NCBI GenBank assembly: GCA_030704615.1
Contig: CM060732.1
Span: forward strand, 16,244,001 to 16,308,000
Direction of reading: 5' to 3'
Source: Takakia lepidozioides
Lineage: Eukaryota > Plantae > Bryophyta
Length of the DNA: 64,000 bases
Shown here: in pieces, positions 63,484 to 64,000 of the stretch
Numbering within the stretch: position 1 is the first letter of the stretch
Layout: each line of letters opens with the position of its first letter
Notes under the pieces: generated by a model
Seen by the model: only the letters and a program-made list of their open reading frames with translations
Told to the model about the DNA's origin: nothing
The model's database searches: none
Position numbers and translations under genes: made by a program

Positions 63484-64000
63484 TCTTGCTCTCTCTCCCT
63501 CTTTCCTTTTCTCAATGATAGTCATGCTTTCTGTATAATATTAAGCTCCACACTTCCTGACAGTTCCTGACAAAGCTTTTCATGCTATGAGAGTGTTGGG
63601 GATTTATCACCGTCAAGCTACAGCCTCCGTGACTTTAACATTGTAATCATATCCATTTGAGTCTTACACAAAGTTTCAAGTTTCCTGAACCCAACATGTA
63701 CTGTGTTTTGACTTCAGGTGGTGGGAAGGCGTTGTGAAAGAACTGAATGACGTGGATGAAAGCAAGATCACTGTTTACTTTCCAGGTATTCACATCAAAC
63801 ATATGACAATGCCCTTTGCCAGATGTCCCCGATAGACCACTGGCTCTGAGGATCATAGGCTATAAATATGAATTGCAGCGCTCTCGATGTCAGACCAAGC
63901 ACTACTTCAGCATGGAGGAAATTTTGATTGTGGGCTTGTAAGTTGGGATTGTTCTTTATCTCATGGCTTTCCAGCAATATGGCTCAACCTCATTATTCCT

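Overview
This is repeat-dense eukaryotic DNA, most likely from a non-seed land plant (inferred from PDF-motif PPR remnants and the intron-containing CACTA and MULE transposases). It is a stack of nested transposons next to one host gene. From left to right: (1) the 3' internal region and 3' LTR (6446-7671) of a large LTR retrotransposon, carrying decayed extra ORFs, one of them spliced around a 146-bp inverted-repeat array; (2) a decayed CACTA/En-Spm transposase on the minus strand; (3) PDF-motif/PPR pseudogene fragments; (4) two nested Ty3/gypsy chromoviruses, the inner one a capsid-deleted three-LTR element with a 5-bp TSD; (5) a three-breakpoint rearrangement that scrambles the outer gypsy and an old MULE copy; (6) a 10.25-kb MULE with long TIRs and a TSD, encoding an At1g60560/At4g13970-type transposase and an unknown convergent second gene; (7) a G2484-1/SWO1-like Agenet gene with five copies of a poly(A)-less, RTEX-like LINE in and just upstream of it, four of them at (CT)n microsatellites. 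The best candidates for an undescribed system are the (CT)n-targeting LINE family, which stacks directly behind splice donors, and the two-gene MULE. All family assignments come from motif recognition by eye; no searches were run.
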